From contig CAVRJG010000019.1 in assembly GCA_963721455.1 (NCBI GenBank), forward strand, positions 64,001 to 128,000: DNA of 64,000 nucleotides, given 5' to 3'. The stretch's first letter is position 1, and every line of letters begins with the position of its first letter. The translations under genes were made by a program, and so were the position numbers. The notes under the pieces are model-generated. The model was not told where the DNA came from, ran no database searches, and was given only the letters and a program-made list of their open reading frames with translations. Shown here one piece after another: positions 34,765 through 44,001 of the stretch. This DNA comes from an uncultured Methanosarcinaceae archaeon (lineage in GTDB: Archaea; Halobacteriota; Methanosarcinia; Methanosarcinales; Methanosarcinaceae).

Positions 34765-35655
34765 TCAGTCCACCTTAAAACGGTATTTCTTTTTGATCGA
34801 ATCCGCAACCACGTTAATCAGGAAAGTGACGATGAAAAGTACAGACCCGACAGCAAAGAGGGCATGGAAGTGAGCACTGCCCTGGGGAACCTCCCCCATT
34901 TCAAGCGCTATTGTGGCAGTCATTGTCCTCACAGGACCCAGAAATCCCCCTGGGAAAGAGGGAATTACTGCAGCATTTCCAGTTACCATCATAAGAGTCA
35001 TGGTCTCCCCTATAGCCCTTCCCACGCCAAGCATTACTGCCGCTGAAATCCCGGAAAGAGCTGCAGGAATTATGACCTTGTATATAGTCTGCCACCTCGT
35101 AGCCCCAAGAGCAAGCGAACCCTGCTTGATGGTGCTGGGAACCGAGCTTATTGCGTCTTCTGAGATGGTAATGATTGTGGGAAGCGCCATAATCCCGAGC
35201 ATAATAGAACCTGTAAGGGCAGTTTGTCCAGTAGGCAAGTTGAAAGCATCCTGTACAAGAGGGACAAGAACAACAAGCCCAAAGAATCCAAATACAACCG
35301 AAGGAATGCCTGCAAGAATTTCAATAAAGGGTTTCAGAAAATCCGCAACCTTCGGGTGGGCGATCTCGGAGATATAGACAGCAGAAGCAATCCCCAGAGG
35401 CACAGCAAAAAGGATTGCTCCGACAGTCACAATAACGGAGCCGAAAAACAGAGGCAATAGCCCGAACTGCTTATTTACGGATGTCGGGTACCAGAACTTC
35501 CCTGTGAGAAAATCCAGAAGAGAAGTGTCTTTAAAAAGAAGTAAACTGTCCCTGAATAAAAAGAGGCATATAAGGAAAAGGATAACGACCGTAAGGATGC
35601 TGACTGAGAAAAGCACAGATTCGATTGCTTTTTCCTTATAGTTCCTGTTAAACAT
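34765..35655 (-). CDS. pstC: Phosphate ABC transporter permease
   Basis: 'IEILAGIPSVVFGFFG', 'GRAIGETM', 'TMTATIALEMGE'. Confidence 0.96.
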   Translation of the reverse strand: MFNRNYKEKAIESVLFSVSILTVVILFLICLFLFRDSLLLFKDTSLLDFLTGKFWYPTSVNKQFGLLPLFFGSVIVTVGAILFAVPLGIASAVYISEIAHPKVADFLKPFIEILAGIPSVVFGFFGLVVLVPLVQDAFNLPTGQTALTGSIMLGIMALPTIITISEDAISSVPSTIKQGSLALGATRWQTIYKVIIPAALSGISAAVMLGVGRAIGETMTLMMVTGNAAVIPSFPGGFLGPVRTMTATIALEMGEVPQGSAHFHALFAVGSVLFIVTFLINVVADSIKKKYRFKVD

Positions 35656-35683
35656 GTTTTATCCTTGAAATATTTTATTACTT

Positions 35684-36577
35684 TTACTTCTTTATCGGGA
35701 AGTACCCGACTTCACTCACCAGATTCTGCCCCTTCTCACTCATCACAAAGTCGATAAATTCTTTTGTGAGGCCTGAGGGTTCTCCATTGGTGTAGAAGTA
35801 GAGAGGCCTTGAAAGAGGGTATGCACCACTGATGATGTTTTCAGGACTTGGAGCTTCAGAGCCATTTCCTGCATCCAGGTTTAAAGCCTTTACGCTTTCA
35901 TCGAGATATGCAACGCCGACGTATCCTATTGCGCCGGGATTCTGAGAAATTTCACCCACAATTCCCCCTGTAGCAGGCTGGGTAAGGGCGTCAGGTCTGT
36001 ATTCATCCCCGAGCAAAATAGCTTCCTTGAAGTATTCATAGGTTCCGGAACTGCTGTCCCTGGAAATTACGGTAATGGTTGAATCGGTCCCGCCAACTTC
36101 CTTCCAGTTGCTGATGCTCCCGTTGTAGATTCCGCGAAGCTGGGCAAAGGTAAGTCCAGAAACAGGATTTTTTGGATTTACAATCACTGTGATGCCATCG
36201 TAGGCAATAGTATGCTCTACAGGTTTGACTCCATTTGCTTCAGCGGCTTTGATTTCGTCAGTTTTCATTTCTCTGGACGCGGTAGCAATATCCACTTCGC
36301 CGTCAACGAGAGCCGCAATCCCAACACCGGATCCGCCTCCAGTGACCGTTACAATTTTCCCCGGGTTTTCATTCAAGAATTCTTCAGCTTCAGCCTGTGC
36401 AAGAGGAAGAACTGTATCTGAACCTTTCAGAAAGATACCTTCGGATTCGCCGGCAGGAGTTTTTTCTGCTGGAGAAGAGCCTTCACCGTTTTCACTTCCA
36501 GTACATCCGATTCCTAGAAACACAAGTCCGATCACCAGTAATAGGAGAATTGTGTAGCTTTTTAATTTATTTGCCAT
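35684..36577 (-). CDS. pstS: Phosphate-binding lipoprotein
   Basis: Lipobox 'GIGC', 'GSDTVLP', 'GGGSGVG', 'RDSSSGT', 'YPLSRPLY'. Confidence 0.96.
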   Translation of the reverse strand: MANKLKSYTILLLLVIGLVFLGIGCTGSENGEGSSPAEKTPAGESEGIFLKGSDTVLPLAQAEAEEFLNENPGKIVTVTGGGSGVGIAALVDGEVDIATASREMKTDEIKAAEANGVKPVEHTIAYDGITVIVNPKNPVSGLTFAQLRGIYNGSISNWKEVGGTDSTITVISRDSSSGTYEYFKEAILLGDEYRPDALTQPATGGIVGEISQNPGAIGYVGVAYLDESVKALNLDAGNGSEAPSPENIISGAYPLSRPLYFYTNGEPSGLTKEFIDFVMSEKGQNLVSEVGYFPIKK

Positions 36578-36937
36578 ATTGGAGACACTCCTTTAAACAA
36601 TAATGAGTCAATAATCTAAATCCATCTAAGTTGTTACCAGTACAATGCATAATAAAAGAGAGAGATATATAAAGATTCGCCACATATAATATAGTGAAGT
36701 ATATACGGGTTAGAAGTATGGAATGAAATAGTATAATATATATATTCTATATAAAATATAGACAAAATGAAAAATAGCGTTAAGAAAAATTAATATAAGA
36801 GTTTAGTGGCAGGCAAAAGAAATGAATTGAAGTCCGGAAACAGAAGGAAAAAAGAGGTAAAAGGCGAAGGCCTGAATGTGTAAAAGAATCCGGAATACTT
36901 AAAAAATTGATGAAATTCAGGACAGAAAAGAACAAAA

Positions 36938-39736
36938 TCAGAAATCAAATAGGGAACTCTGTTCTGCACGCCCATTTTCCTGAAATGGATCCTGTTCCTG
37001 AGCCTTTACTTTATTTTCCCTTTCAGAAGGGGGGTTTTCCTGTTTCTTTACTTCAGGCTTCTTAGCTTCGAAATCAAACAGCCCTTTCTGCTTTGAATCA
37101 AAATCAAGAGAAGAGATTTTAACCCCGAAAACCCCCAGAATGCGTTCTACTGGGGGCAAAATCTGCTTCTTAATATAATAATCCACATCTATAGGCACAT
37201 TATGCTCTCTTACATAGTCAGGATCCTCGGCCCTCTCCACGAAGAGTCCCTTTCCTGCGATAATAACAAAAGGAATCCGTGTCCCTATCGAAGGCATAAT
37301 CCCGGTTCTTTTCTTCAAATTTTCAGCAACGGTCAGATGAGGCTGCTTGTTCTTGTAGCTGTCTGCCTTTCGTGTAAGGGTCCGGGTGAGGACAAGGGTT
37401 TCAATAAGTTCAGTGTCTTTTTTCGGATCAAGGTTGCGGACATCGCTAACGACCTTCTGCACATGTTCTACAGCCCGGTCAACATCACCTTCTATAAGCA
37501 CAAGTTCAAGAACCCTGTTAAGAGTCATCGAGGTCAGTTCGCACCAGTCCCTGCGGACAGTTTCCATGCCTTTGACCTTGATCTGGTCTTCCCAACCTGA
37601 GTTCCTGGGCTCAAAAAGCCAGAGAGCATAGCGCTTCTTTGCGATAAGAAGAGCATGTTTTGCAATAGACTCAAATTCAAGCTCCATGGGGTCAGGCAGG
37701 GAAGCAGAAACAATGTCTGAAAGCCTGTTCCCTACAAGGCTAACCTCCTCAAGGGAAAGCTCCCCGCAGGATTTGCAATGGACAAAGACGCTGTCCGTAT
37801 CCCCATAGGCAACCGACAGTTCCACTATTATATCAGAGGAAGAGAGTTCTCCGGCTTCTTCAAGGAGTAAGGCTGCGTCACCCCTGAGAACTATTTTACC
37901 GATTGTATTATTGATAATTTCCCGGGTATTCAGGATATTGCTTCTTCCGAAGCTGGTTACGGCATTTGCAAGTGTGAGGCTGTAGAGCCTTGCCCGGGCA
38001 TATCCTGAGTAACCGTAGAAGCTATTTAACAGAATTTTCAGAGCAAGCTGAGTAGCATCAAGCACTCTATACTCATTTTTATCAGAGACCTGTTTCATTC
38101 TTTTCTTTGTCTCGGTTCTCTGATTAAGCAAATCTTCCAGAATAGAAGGCACGATTCCTTTGCTAACCTCCGGAGGCACGAACTCTCCTCCGGAAGGAGG
38201 TTTGATAGTTTCCCCGTCCGGCCTGTCTTCTGTAACTACCGTGGTATAGCAGAGGTTATGTGCCATCATGATAGTTGGGTAGAGGGACTTGTAGTCAAGA
38301 ATAAGAACATTTTCCAGAAGGCCTTTTTTAGGCTCCAGGACCTCTCCGCCTTTGAGGTCCGAGCTCATTTCATACCTCTCAGCAGAGACCCCGTCATCCG
38401 GCTTTGGAAGGAGCACCCTGTCGCGTAACCCGAACTCCCTGAGAAGAAGAGTTTCAACCATCGAAGTCTGGCCTCCGTCGACTATTTCCTGCAGCAGGCT
38501 CCCGCTGACCCGGGCAAGTGCAATATATTTGTCAAGGAGCCTCAAATTAAGGATAAGTTCCAGGGCAAGCTCGGAGTCCCTGCGTGAATAATCTACGAAC
38601 TTTCTGAACTTGTCTCCTGTATCTACCCAGTATTCTGCCATTTCCAGCGGAGGGACATCCAGTTTTTCGCGGCTCAAAAGCTCCTTTGAAACCACGCGCA
38701 GAGTGTACTGCTTGAGACTGAAAGCTCTTCTTACCAGAGGAAGGGCATCCACAACCACCCGTCCTTTAAACTCAGTGCGGGTAATAAGCCCGAATTTCCG
38801 GTAGCCTATCTTGCTGCCGTCCCGGCCGACAACAGGGTTTATTGCTTCTCCTTTTGCAATCAGAGTCTTGACCCTATCCGTAATGTAAGGAATGTCGAAA
38901 TCCTGGTGATTATATCCCACTACAATGTCAGGGTCATACTCGCAGAAGATCTCGAAAAAGCGGTTTAACATTTCGGTTTCGTCCCTGCAGGAAAGGACAT
39001 CTGCATCCATGCCTTCCACAGGTTTTGCCACAAGCACAAGGGTTTTATGCCCTCTGTACTCCGGCTCGAAGGAGAAACTGATCATGATTATAGGCGAAAC
39101 ATCAGGAGAAGGCATCCCTCCATCAAGAGGCAGGCACTCTATGTCAAAAGATAGATACTTAAGAGGGGCGATCGTGAGATTTTCAACTCTCTTAAACCCG
39201 GATGCAATAATCGAAGAGTCGCATGCAAAATTCTCACAGCGGGAATTGCCCGAGGGACCTGCCCTGAAAAATCTTGCAGGGTCAACTGGCTTTCCTTCTG
39301 CAGAGACCCAGACCATGCCTCCCAGACTTTTGTCAATTAAAAAACGGTTTCTGAAGAGGATGTCAGTTTCATAAACTTCCCATTTACCTTCAGCCTTCAT
39401 AACTTCCCGGATCTTCAGAATATCATCCCTGATCTCGGGCACATCCCTGGGCAGGCGGGTGGTAATTCTGAGCATCTCTTTCTTTGTCTTCTGATATCCG
39501 ACAGGTTCGAATTTTTCGACTATTTCGACCTTTGTAACCTGTCCAAAGGTGTCTTTTACAAGCCTGGCTACGGCGTGCAGGTCTCCAGATGCCTTGAGAT
39601 AAAAATAAGGCTCAAAATCCGGGACAAAGCAGCAAACACTCTTCCCGTCCGCTCCCCTGCCAAAGAGGCGGATAACAGGGCTGCTGTCATTAAAGACGTC
39701 ATAATCTGCGTCCAAGATCTGGAAATCCATAGGCAT
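36938..39736 (-). CDS. polB: Family B DNA polymerase (no intein)
   Basis: ExoI 'FDIEC', 'DYKSLYPT', 'KILLNSFYG', 'YGDTDS', 'KGMETVRRDW'. Confidence 0.97.
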   Translation of the reverse strand: MPMDFQILDADYDVFNDSSPVIRLFGRGADGKSVCCFVPDFEPYFYLKASGDLHAVARLVKDTFGQVTKVEIVEKFEPVGYQKTKKEMLRITTRLPRDVPEIRDDILKIREVMKAEGKWEVYETDILFRNRFLIDKSLGGMVWVSAEGKPVDPARFFRAGPSGNSRCENFACDSSIIASGFKRVENLTIAPLKYLSFDIECLPLDGGMPSPDVSPIIMISFSFEPEYRGHKTLVLVAKPVEGMDADVLSCRDETEMLNRFFEIFCEYDPDIVVGYNHQDFDIPYITDRVKTLIAKGEAINPVVGRDGSKIGYRKFGLITRTEFKGRVVVDALPLVRRAFSLKQYTLRVVSKELLSREKLDVPPLEMAEYWVDTGDKFRKFVDYSRRDSELALELILNLRLLDKYIALARVSGSLLQEIVDGGQTSMVETLLLREFGLRDRVLLPKPDDGVSAERYEMSSDLKGGEVLEPKKGLLENVLILDYKSLYPTIMMAHNLCYTTVVTEDRPDGETIKPPSGGEFVPPEVSKGIVPSILEDLLNQRTETKKRMKQVSDKNEYRVLDATQLALKILLNSFYGYSGYARARLYSLTLANAVTSFGRSNILNTREIINNTIGKIVLRGDAALLLEEAGELSSSDIIVELSVAYGDTDSVFVHCKSCGELSLEEVSLVGNRLSDIVSASLPDPMELEFESIAKHALLIAKKRYALWLFEPRNSGWEDQIKVKGMETVRRDWCELTSMTLNRVLELVLIEGDVDRAVEHVQKVVSDVRNLDPKKDTELIETLVLTRTLTRKADSYKNKQPHLTVAENLKKRTGIMPSIGTRIPFVIIAGKGLFVERAEDPDYVREHNVPIDVDYYIKKQILPPVERILGVFGVKISSLDFDSKQKGLFDFEAKKPEVKKQENPPSERENKVKAQEQDPFQENGRAEQSSLFDF

Positions 39737-39983
39737 GGTTTACGGCTTTAGATAGACATATAGCTTTTGTTGTAATTTTGAAAGAGGAATTTTAAAAACA
39801 TGTCCGTAATTTTTCCAATGTATTGAGGACCAGAACAGCAACTTAAAAAAGAGATAAAAGGGAAGGAAGATGGATAAAATAGAAGATAAGGGATTAAGAA
39901 ATTAAGAGATAAAGGGACTCTTTAAAGGGATTCCTGGAACAAAGAGTTATACCTCTACTTTTTATGCCCTGTATCTCCCGGGT

Positions 39984-40989
39984 TTAGATCTGCTTTATAT
40001 TCATATTGAGGGCAACTTCCGCAATATCAGCGCTATATTCGGCTACCCTTCGCAGGCTCTCCAGGATCATGCTAAGTTCAATACTACCTGATCCCTTCGA
40101 TATCCCGTGACTCCAGGGAAACTCCGAACTGGGAAACTTTCTTGGCTTCTACAACGATTTTGTTGATAGCCTGAAGGTCTTCTTCTGCCATTGAGTCAAT
40201 TGAGCTTTCGAAAACCTTTCGTGAGAGTTCAGCCATCTTGAAAATCGGGTCATCGACACTGACACCGGCATCCATTTTCAGGACATTTCTGGCTATCCTG
40301 ACAGCGTGGTCTCCTACACGTTCGATACTCTTTGTAATAAGCCTGTATCCCAGGCACTCCCTGGGATGCCGAATCCCTATCTTATCAGAGAGTTCGATAT
40401 CCTCAATTGAAGCCTTGAGCTGGCGGACGGCAAGAAGATAAAAGCGATCCACATCGTCGTCTCGCTGGATGACATCTTCGGCAATCTCCACGTTGTGATC
40501 CCTGAGAGCGACCATGGAGTCTTCAAGCATGGAAAGTACGAGACCGTACATGTTTTTGATTACACGGCCAAGGGGCAGGTCATTGTAATTAAGGAGGCAC
40601 TGGAAAACCAGTTCATTCCTGGATTCTTCCACAAGCTCAAGACCTATCAATTTTTGACGCACAGAGTCCTTGATAAACTTGCGATCATAAGCACTGAAAC
40701 CTTTTTTGGTGGTCAGCCTGATAGAGTCATAACCCACAAGATAATGAGAAATAAGAATCCTCAGATTATTTTCCGCACTATCCGAATGAATATAGTCGAT
40801 CGTTGCTTTAAGGGCGGAATGTTCCTTTGAGGCCGCACTGGAAGAAACAAGCAGGGTTTTATTAGGCATGGGTGTAAGAGTAAGTGTGTCTCCTGCCTCA
40901 ATCCCTATATCCCTAACCCATTTTATAGGGAGGGACACAATATAAGTAGAATTTCCGGTAAACTGGACTTTTCGTTTATCCTTGGTAAT
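39984..40989 (-). pseudogene. AbrB-PhoU phosphate uptake regulator; apparent ATT start and +1 frameshift near 40094 (possibly sequencing error)
   Basis: Frame extends upstream of 40938 as ITKDKRKVQFTGNSTYIVSLP (AbrB motif) after a GGGGGA RBS; removing one G near 40094 restores GSGSIELSMILESLRRVAEYSADIAEVALNMNIKQI* ending at 39984. Confidence 0.8.
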
Positions 40990-41247
40990 AAATAATCCCC
41001 CTGAGAGATTCTAATGGATCTTGAAGAATCTATATAGACAAAAGAGATATATAAAAGTATCTTGGAAGTAGGGCGTTAAAGTAAGAAATAAATCTTGATA
41101 ACCCTGTCTAAGTATGATATATAGGGCCAATCATGAATCATAGAAAAACATAGAGCTACATTAAAGATAGAGATAAAATCAAGTATAAAACCAGGTTTAT
41201 GAAAAGTACTTTTTCCGTAAAAACCCATCTTTTTTGCAAATAAAATT

Positions 41248-41321
41248 CATTGGTCATCGGTTAACGAATTTTATGCACAACTTCGAATACCACGTGTAGC
41301 GATTTTCCAACATAATTCTTA
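41248..41321 (+). mobile_element. IS4/ISH8-type MITE, copy 2 (truncated by an IS5 fragment)
   Basis: CATTGGTCATCGGTTAAC...; identical to copy 1 up to TTCTTAGA. Confidence 0.85.
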
Positions 41322-41480
41322 GAGGGTGAATATTATTTTTCATTCGGATGAAGGTTTGATCTTAGCCAGTCGTTTACTCATTATACGAATCATAGCAGCA
41401 TATATGAAGGCTTGACTTGATTCTGTGAATCCTTCGTAATCTTTACTCAAACGTCGATATCAACCCAGCCATCCAAGGGA
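41322..41480 (-). mobile_element. IS5-family transposase 3' remnant with terminal end
   Basis: Minus translation LGWLG*YRRLSKDYEGFTESSQAFIYAAMIRIMSKRLA (RRLSKDYE motif, internal stop); end GAGGGTG adjoins a TTA target. Confidence 0.8.
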
Positions 41481-41712
41481 AGATTACTGAATCAGGCGAT
41501 TGAAGTGAATTCAGGACAATTCACGGAGTTAAGTATCAGAAGAGATGTTAACTGCGTTAATCAAATCTCGGAGTTTATGTTATATGTTTTAGAGTTAAAG
41601 TATGGTTGTGTAAGGTAACGGTTATACAGGGATGCGCTGGAGGAGTGAGCTCCTGATCGAGCTACTTACTTTTAACAAGGGAATTACAACAAAATATGTT
41701 GGAAGCGTTTTT

Positions 41713-43617
41713 ATGGCAGCAGATATTTTGAAGCGATTAGCGGAAGCTGTAGTCGATGGAGACGACGACCTTGCAGAAGAACTGGCACAGAAAGTACTGG
41801 ATGAAGGCTTTGATCCCTACAACGCAATCGTAAATGGTCTTGCAAGAGGAATGGCTATTGTCAGCGATCAGTACGAGAAAGGAGAAGCTTTTGTACCCCA
41901 CCTGCTTCTCGCCTCAGGGGCAATGTATGCAGGCATGGACATTCTCACCCCTGCAATGAATGCAGAAGGAGAAGGCAGTCAGGCAGTGGGTGTCATAGGA
42001 ACAATTGAAGGAGACGTGCACGACATAGGGAAGAACCTTGTAAAGACGATGCTCAGTGCTGGTGGGTTTGAAATGATTGACCTGGGCGCGGATGTCCCTA
42101 TAGAGAAGTTTATCGAAACCGCAAAGGAACACAAAGCCGACCTTATCTCCATGAGTGCTCTGATGACAACAACCATGACAAACATGGAAAAAGTGATTGA
42201 AGTCCTTCAGGAAGAAGGTATTCGCGACTCCATGAAGGTAATGATCGGAGGCGCACCTGTTTCAGAAGAATTTGCAGCAGGAATCGGTGCAGACTCCACT
42301 CATCCGGACGCAATGCACGCAAGCGCCTGGGCATCAGAAGCCGTAAAGGAGCTCGACACTAAAATGATGAGATGGAGTGAAGAGAAGATCGGCCTCGGGA
42401 AGATCAAATACAGAGAGATTCTCGCAAAGAAGGTAGTTTCCGAAAAAGTCGACGTCGGACTTGAGACTGCTAACAAGATCAAGGAAGAATTCGAAAGCAT
42501 TGGTGTGAAGATCCGGGAAGAAATGACCCACATCGATAGGACTGTGGCCGCGATGTCTGATAAGAAGGTCGACCGCCTGCCTGTCTATCCTCTTGCCTGT
42601 GGGGTACTGAGGAAATTTGCCGGTGTCAACTACAGGGACTATGCAACAAAAGCAGATGCCTTCACCCAGAGCGCCTTTCTCGGATGCAAATACCTTGACC
42701 TTGACATGTTTGTGGGTCTTGCTGACCTTTCAGCCACCTCCGCAGACTTCGGATGTAAAATCAAATACCCCGAAGACGATACGCCGTCCTCCGAAGGACA
42801 TATTAAGGACTATGAGAAGATCGAAGTCCCTGAACTTAAGGAAGGAACCCGCGGCTATGAACTTGTCATCGCTTCAAAGATGGCAAAGGAAAAAATCAAC
42901 ACGGAACTCAACACTCCCTTCATAGGCTTCCACGAAGGCCCATTGCTCACTCTCACCCAGCTTATGGGTGCAGACCGCGTGCTTATGGACATGAAGACTC
43001 AGCCGGATGTTGTCCTTGAAGCTGTTCAGAAGTGTTCCGACTATATCTGCCAGCTTTCTGAGCTCTTCTTCAACGAAGGGGCTTGTGATGCTCTCTGTAT
43101 CGACAACCTCTGGTCCAACAACGTCATCATGAGCGAACAGGACTACTGGAAATTCGACGGAAAGTTCGTCTACGACCAGCACATCCCGATCTTCAAGCAG
43201 TATAACCAGCCCTACATCATCCACAACTGTGCTGACGCCGTGCACTTCGAGACTCAGATCAGGAAGTTCGGCACCGCTCTTTACAGCTATGCCTACTACG
43301 AAAAATCCAGGGAAAAGGGATCCCAGAACTATGCAGACCTGATTCCCAAATACGGTGACATCTGCTGTATGATGGGAGAAGTTAACCCTGTTGATTTCAT
43401 GGACGGCTCTGCAACCGGCGTGCAGAAGGTAAAGGACGATACAAAGTCTCTGCTTGAAAATGTGATACCTGTGCTGAAGGAGAACGGCTTCCAGTCCAAG
43501 TACGTCATGTCCACTGGCTGTGAAATTCCGCCCAGCGGCCCGCTGACAACCGTGCAGGCAATGGTGAACACCGTAAAGGAACTGGGTCCGGAACTCCAGA
43601 AGAAAATAATGGGATGA
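41713..43617 (+). CDS. mtsD: Corrinoid protein / MT2 methyltransferase fusion (MtsD/MtsF/MtsH family, methylsulfide:CoM methyltransferase)
   Basis: B12-binding 'EGDVHDIGKNLV', C-terminal UroD/MT2 domain with Zn ligands 'IHNC' and 'STGCEIP'; ATG at 41713 preferred; the specific paralogue name rests on recalled gene context. Confidence 0.85.
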   Translation: MAADILKRLAEAVVDGDDDLAEELAQKVLDEGFDPYNAIVNGLARGMAIVSDQYEKGEAFVPHLLLASGAMYAGMDILTPAMNAEGEGSQAVGVIGTIEGDVHDIGKNLVKTMLSAGGFEMIDLGADVPIEKFIETAKEHKADLISMSALMTTTMTNMEKVIEVLQEEGIRDSMKVMIGGAPVSEEFAAGIGADSTHPDAMHASAWASEAVKELDTKMMRWSEEKIGLGKIKYREILAKKVVSEKVDVGLETANKIKEEFESIGVKIREEMTHIDRTVAAMSDKKVDRLPVYPLACGVLRKFAGVNYRDYATKADAFTQSAFLGCKYLDLDMFVGLADLSATSADFGCKIKYPEDDTPSSEGHIKDYEKIEVPELKEGTRGYELVIASKMAKEKINTELNTPFIGFHEGPLLTLTQLMGADRVLMDMKTQPDVVLEAVQKCSDYICQLSELFFNEGACDALCIDNLWSNNVIMSEQDYWKFDGKFVYDQHIPIFKQYNQPYIIHNCADAVHFETQIRKFGTALYSYAYYEKSREKGSQNYADLIPKYGDICCMMGEVNPVDFMDGSATGVQKVKDDTKSLLENVIPVLKENGFQSKYVMSTGCEIPPSGPLTTVQAMVNTVKELGPELQKKIMG

Positions 43618-43839
43618 GACTACCTCAACCCCATTTCGATTTAAAGCCGGGACAAAGCATTCGAAGTAAAATAAAAATCAGATTTTAACCTCCATATAGA
43701 AGTCAATTTGGCTCCTGAATTTCAGAACATTTAGCATAAAACCGCGTGCGTTATCTGTAAAGAACTGCACGCGGAAAACCTCCATTTTAAAAAAACACAT
43801 ACATCTTTTATGAATGGAATCGGGAAAAAGAAGATCATC

Positions 43840-43968
43840 CATGTGATTCGTTACGGAGCACAACAGCAAATGTGTTATTTTTTTTGAATACATTTATGAA
43901 TTATGTTCGGAATTCGCGATACATGGTATCCGAAGTTGTGCATAAAAGTAGTTAACAGATGACCAATG
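43840..43968 (-). mobile_element. IS4/ISH8-type MITE, copy 3 (diverged, inverted), 10-bp TSD
   Basis: CATGTGATTCGTTAC...GTTAACAGATGACCAATG; exact GAAGATCATC at 43830-43839 and 43969-43978. Confidence 0.88.
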
Positions 43969-44001
43969 GAAGATCATCCATAGAAACTGCAGAGGAGGAA
44001 T

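Noticed and set aside
36938-39736. Intein in polB
   Set aside because: Polymerase motifs are contiguous and there is no intein-sized insert
40084-40086. Pyrrolysine read-through of the TAG in the PhoU regulator
   Set aside because: That frame hits TGA two codons later; the conserved C-terminus is in another frame
41248-43968. Composite transposon carrying mtsD between inverted MITE ends
   Set aside because: The right copy is a complete MITE with its own exact 10-bp TSD, so it is an independent insertion; no TSD flanks the 2.7-kb unit
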